From assembly GCA_040220235.1 (NCBI GenBank), contig JAVJTO010000162.1: a DNA stretch of 36,448 nucleotides; one strand, given 5' to 3'. Both the position numbers and the translations under genes were made by a program. The notes beneath the pieces were generated by a model. That model had not been told where the DNA came from, ran no database searches, and saw nothing but the letters and a program-made list of their open reading frames with translations. The stretch comes from Coleofasciculus sp. B1-GNL1-01 (GTDB lineage Bacteria > Cyanobacteriota > Cyanobacteriia > Cyanobacteriales > Coleofasciculaceae). Every line of letters starts with the position of its first letter. Position 1 is the stretch's first letter. Below are positions 36,291-36,448 of the stretch, in pieces.

Positions 36291-36448
36291 AAAAAAAAAT
36301 TGAAAAAAAGGTTGACAACTCCTGAAAGAGGCACTACATTGGTAAATGCGCTTGAAACGGAGTTCACTCCACACTCAAGCGTCCGAACCAAGACAAATCA
36401 ATAGTTTGAAAGCCAAGTATACAAAACTCCTTGTCAAAAAACTTCGAG
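36291..36448 (+). promoter_or_regulatory. Probable rRNA operon promoter and 5' leader (the 16S gene would lie beyond the window)
   Basis: A-tracts 36291-36309, TTGACA(36312)-N17-TACATT(36335), hairpin GCTTGA...TCAAGC, boxA-like GAACCAAGACAA (36385) then ATAGTTTGAAAGCC. Confidence 0.7.

Overview
Chromosomal window from a filamentous cyanobacterium. HIP1 GCGATCGC sites, 7-bp STRR repeats and GTAG palindromes are abundant, consistent with a Coleofasciculus-like Oscillatoriales genome (taxon is inference). Housekeeping genes (NhaP-type antiporter, tpiA, folP, rsmE, thiE-thiS, mtnA, argS, nadC) are interspersed with accessory loci: a glycogen-debranching-like hydrolase with two partial GT4 glycosyltransferases, a 1.9-kaa filamentous-haemagglutinin/CHAT protease and a beta-barrel/beta-helix surface protein. 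The window ends in a probable rRNA operon promoter/leader. I found no CRISPR array, tRNA, transposase or clearly novel multi-gene protein system. The most unusual signals are non-coding: (i) a 313-bp, gap-free, ~79% identical module duplicated on both sides of the FHA-CHAT gene, whose orphan copy points at a CHAT-like micro-remnant; (ii) several promoter-plus-hairpin small RNA candidates carrying ACUC(C) motifs; (iii) recursively self-nested mini-repeats inside TA-flanked MITEs, and mini-repeats inserted in frame in four genes.
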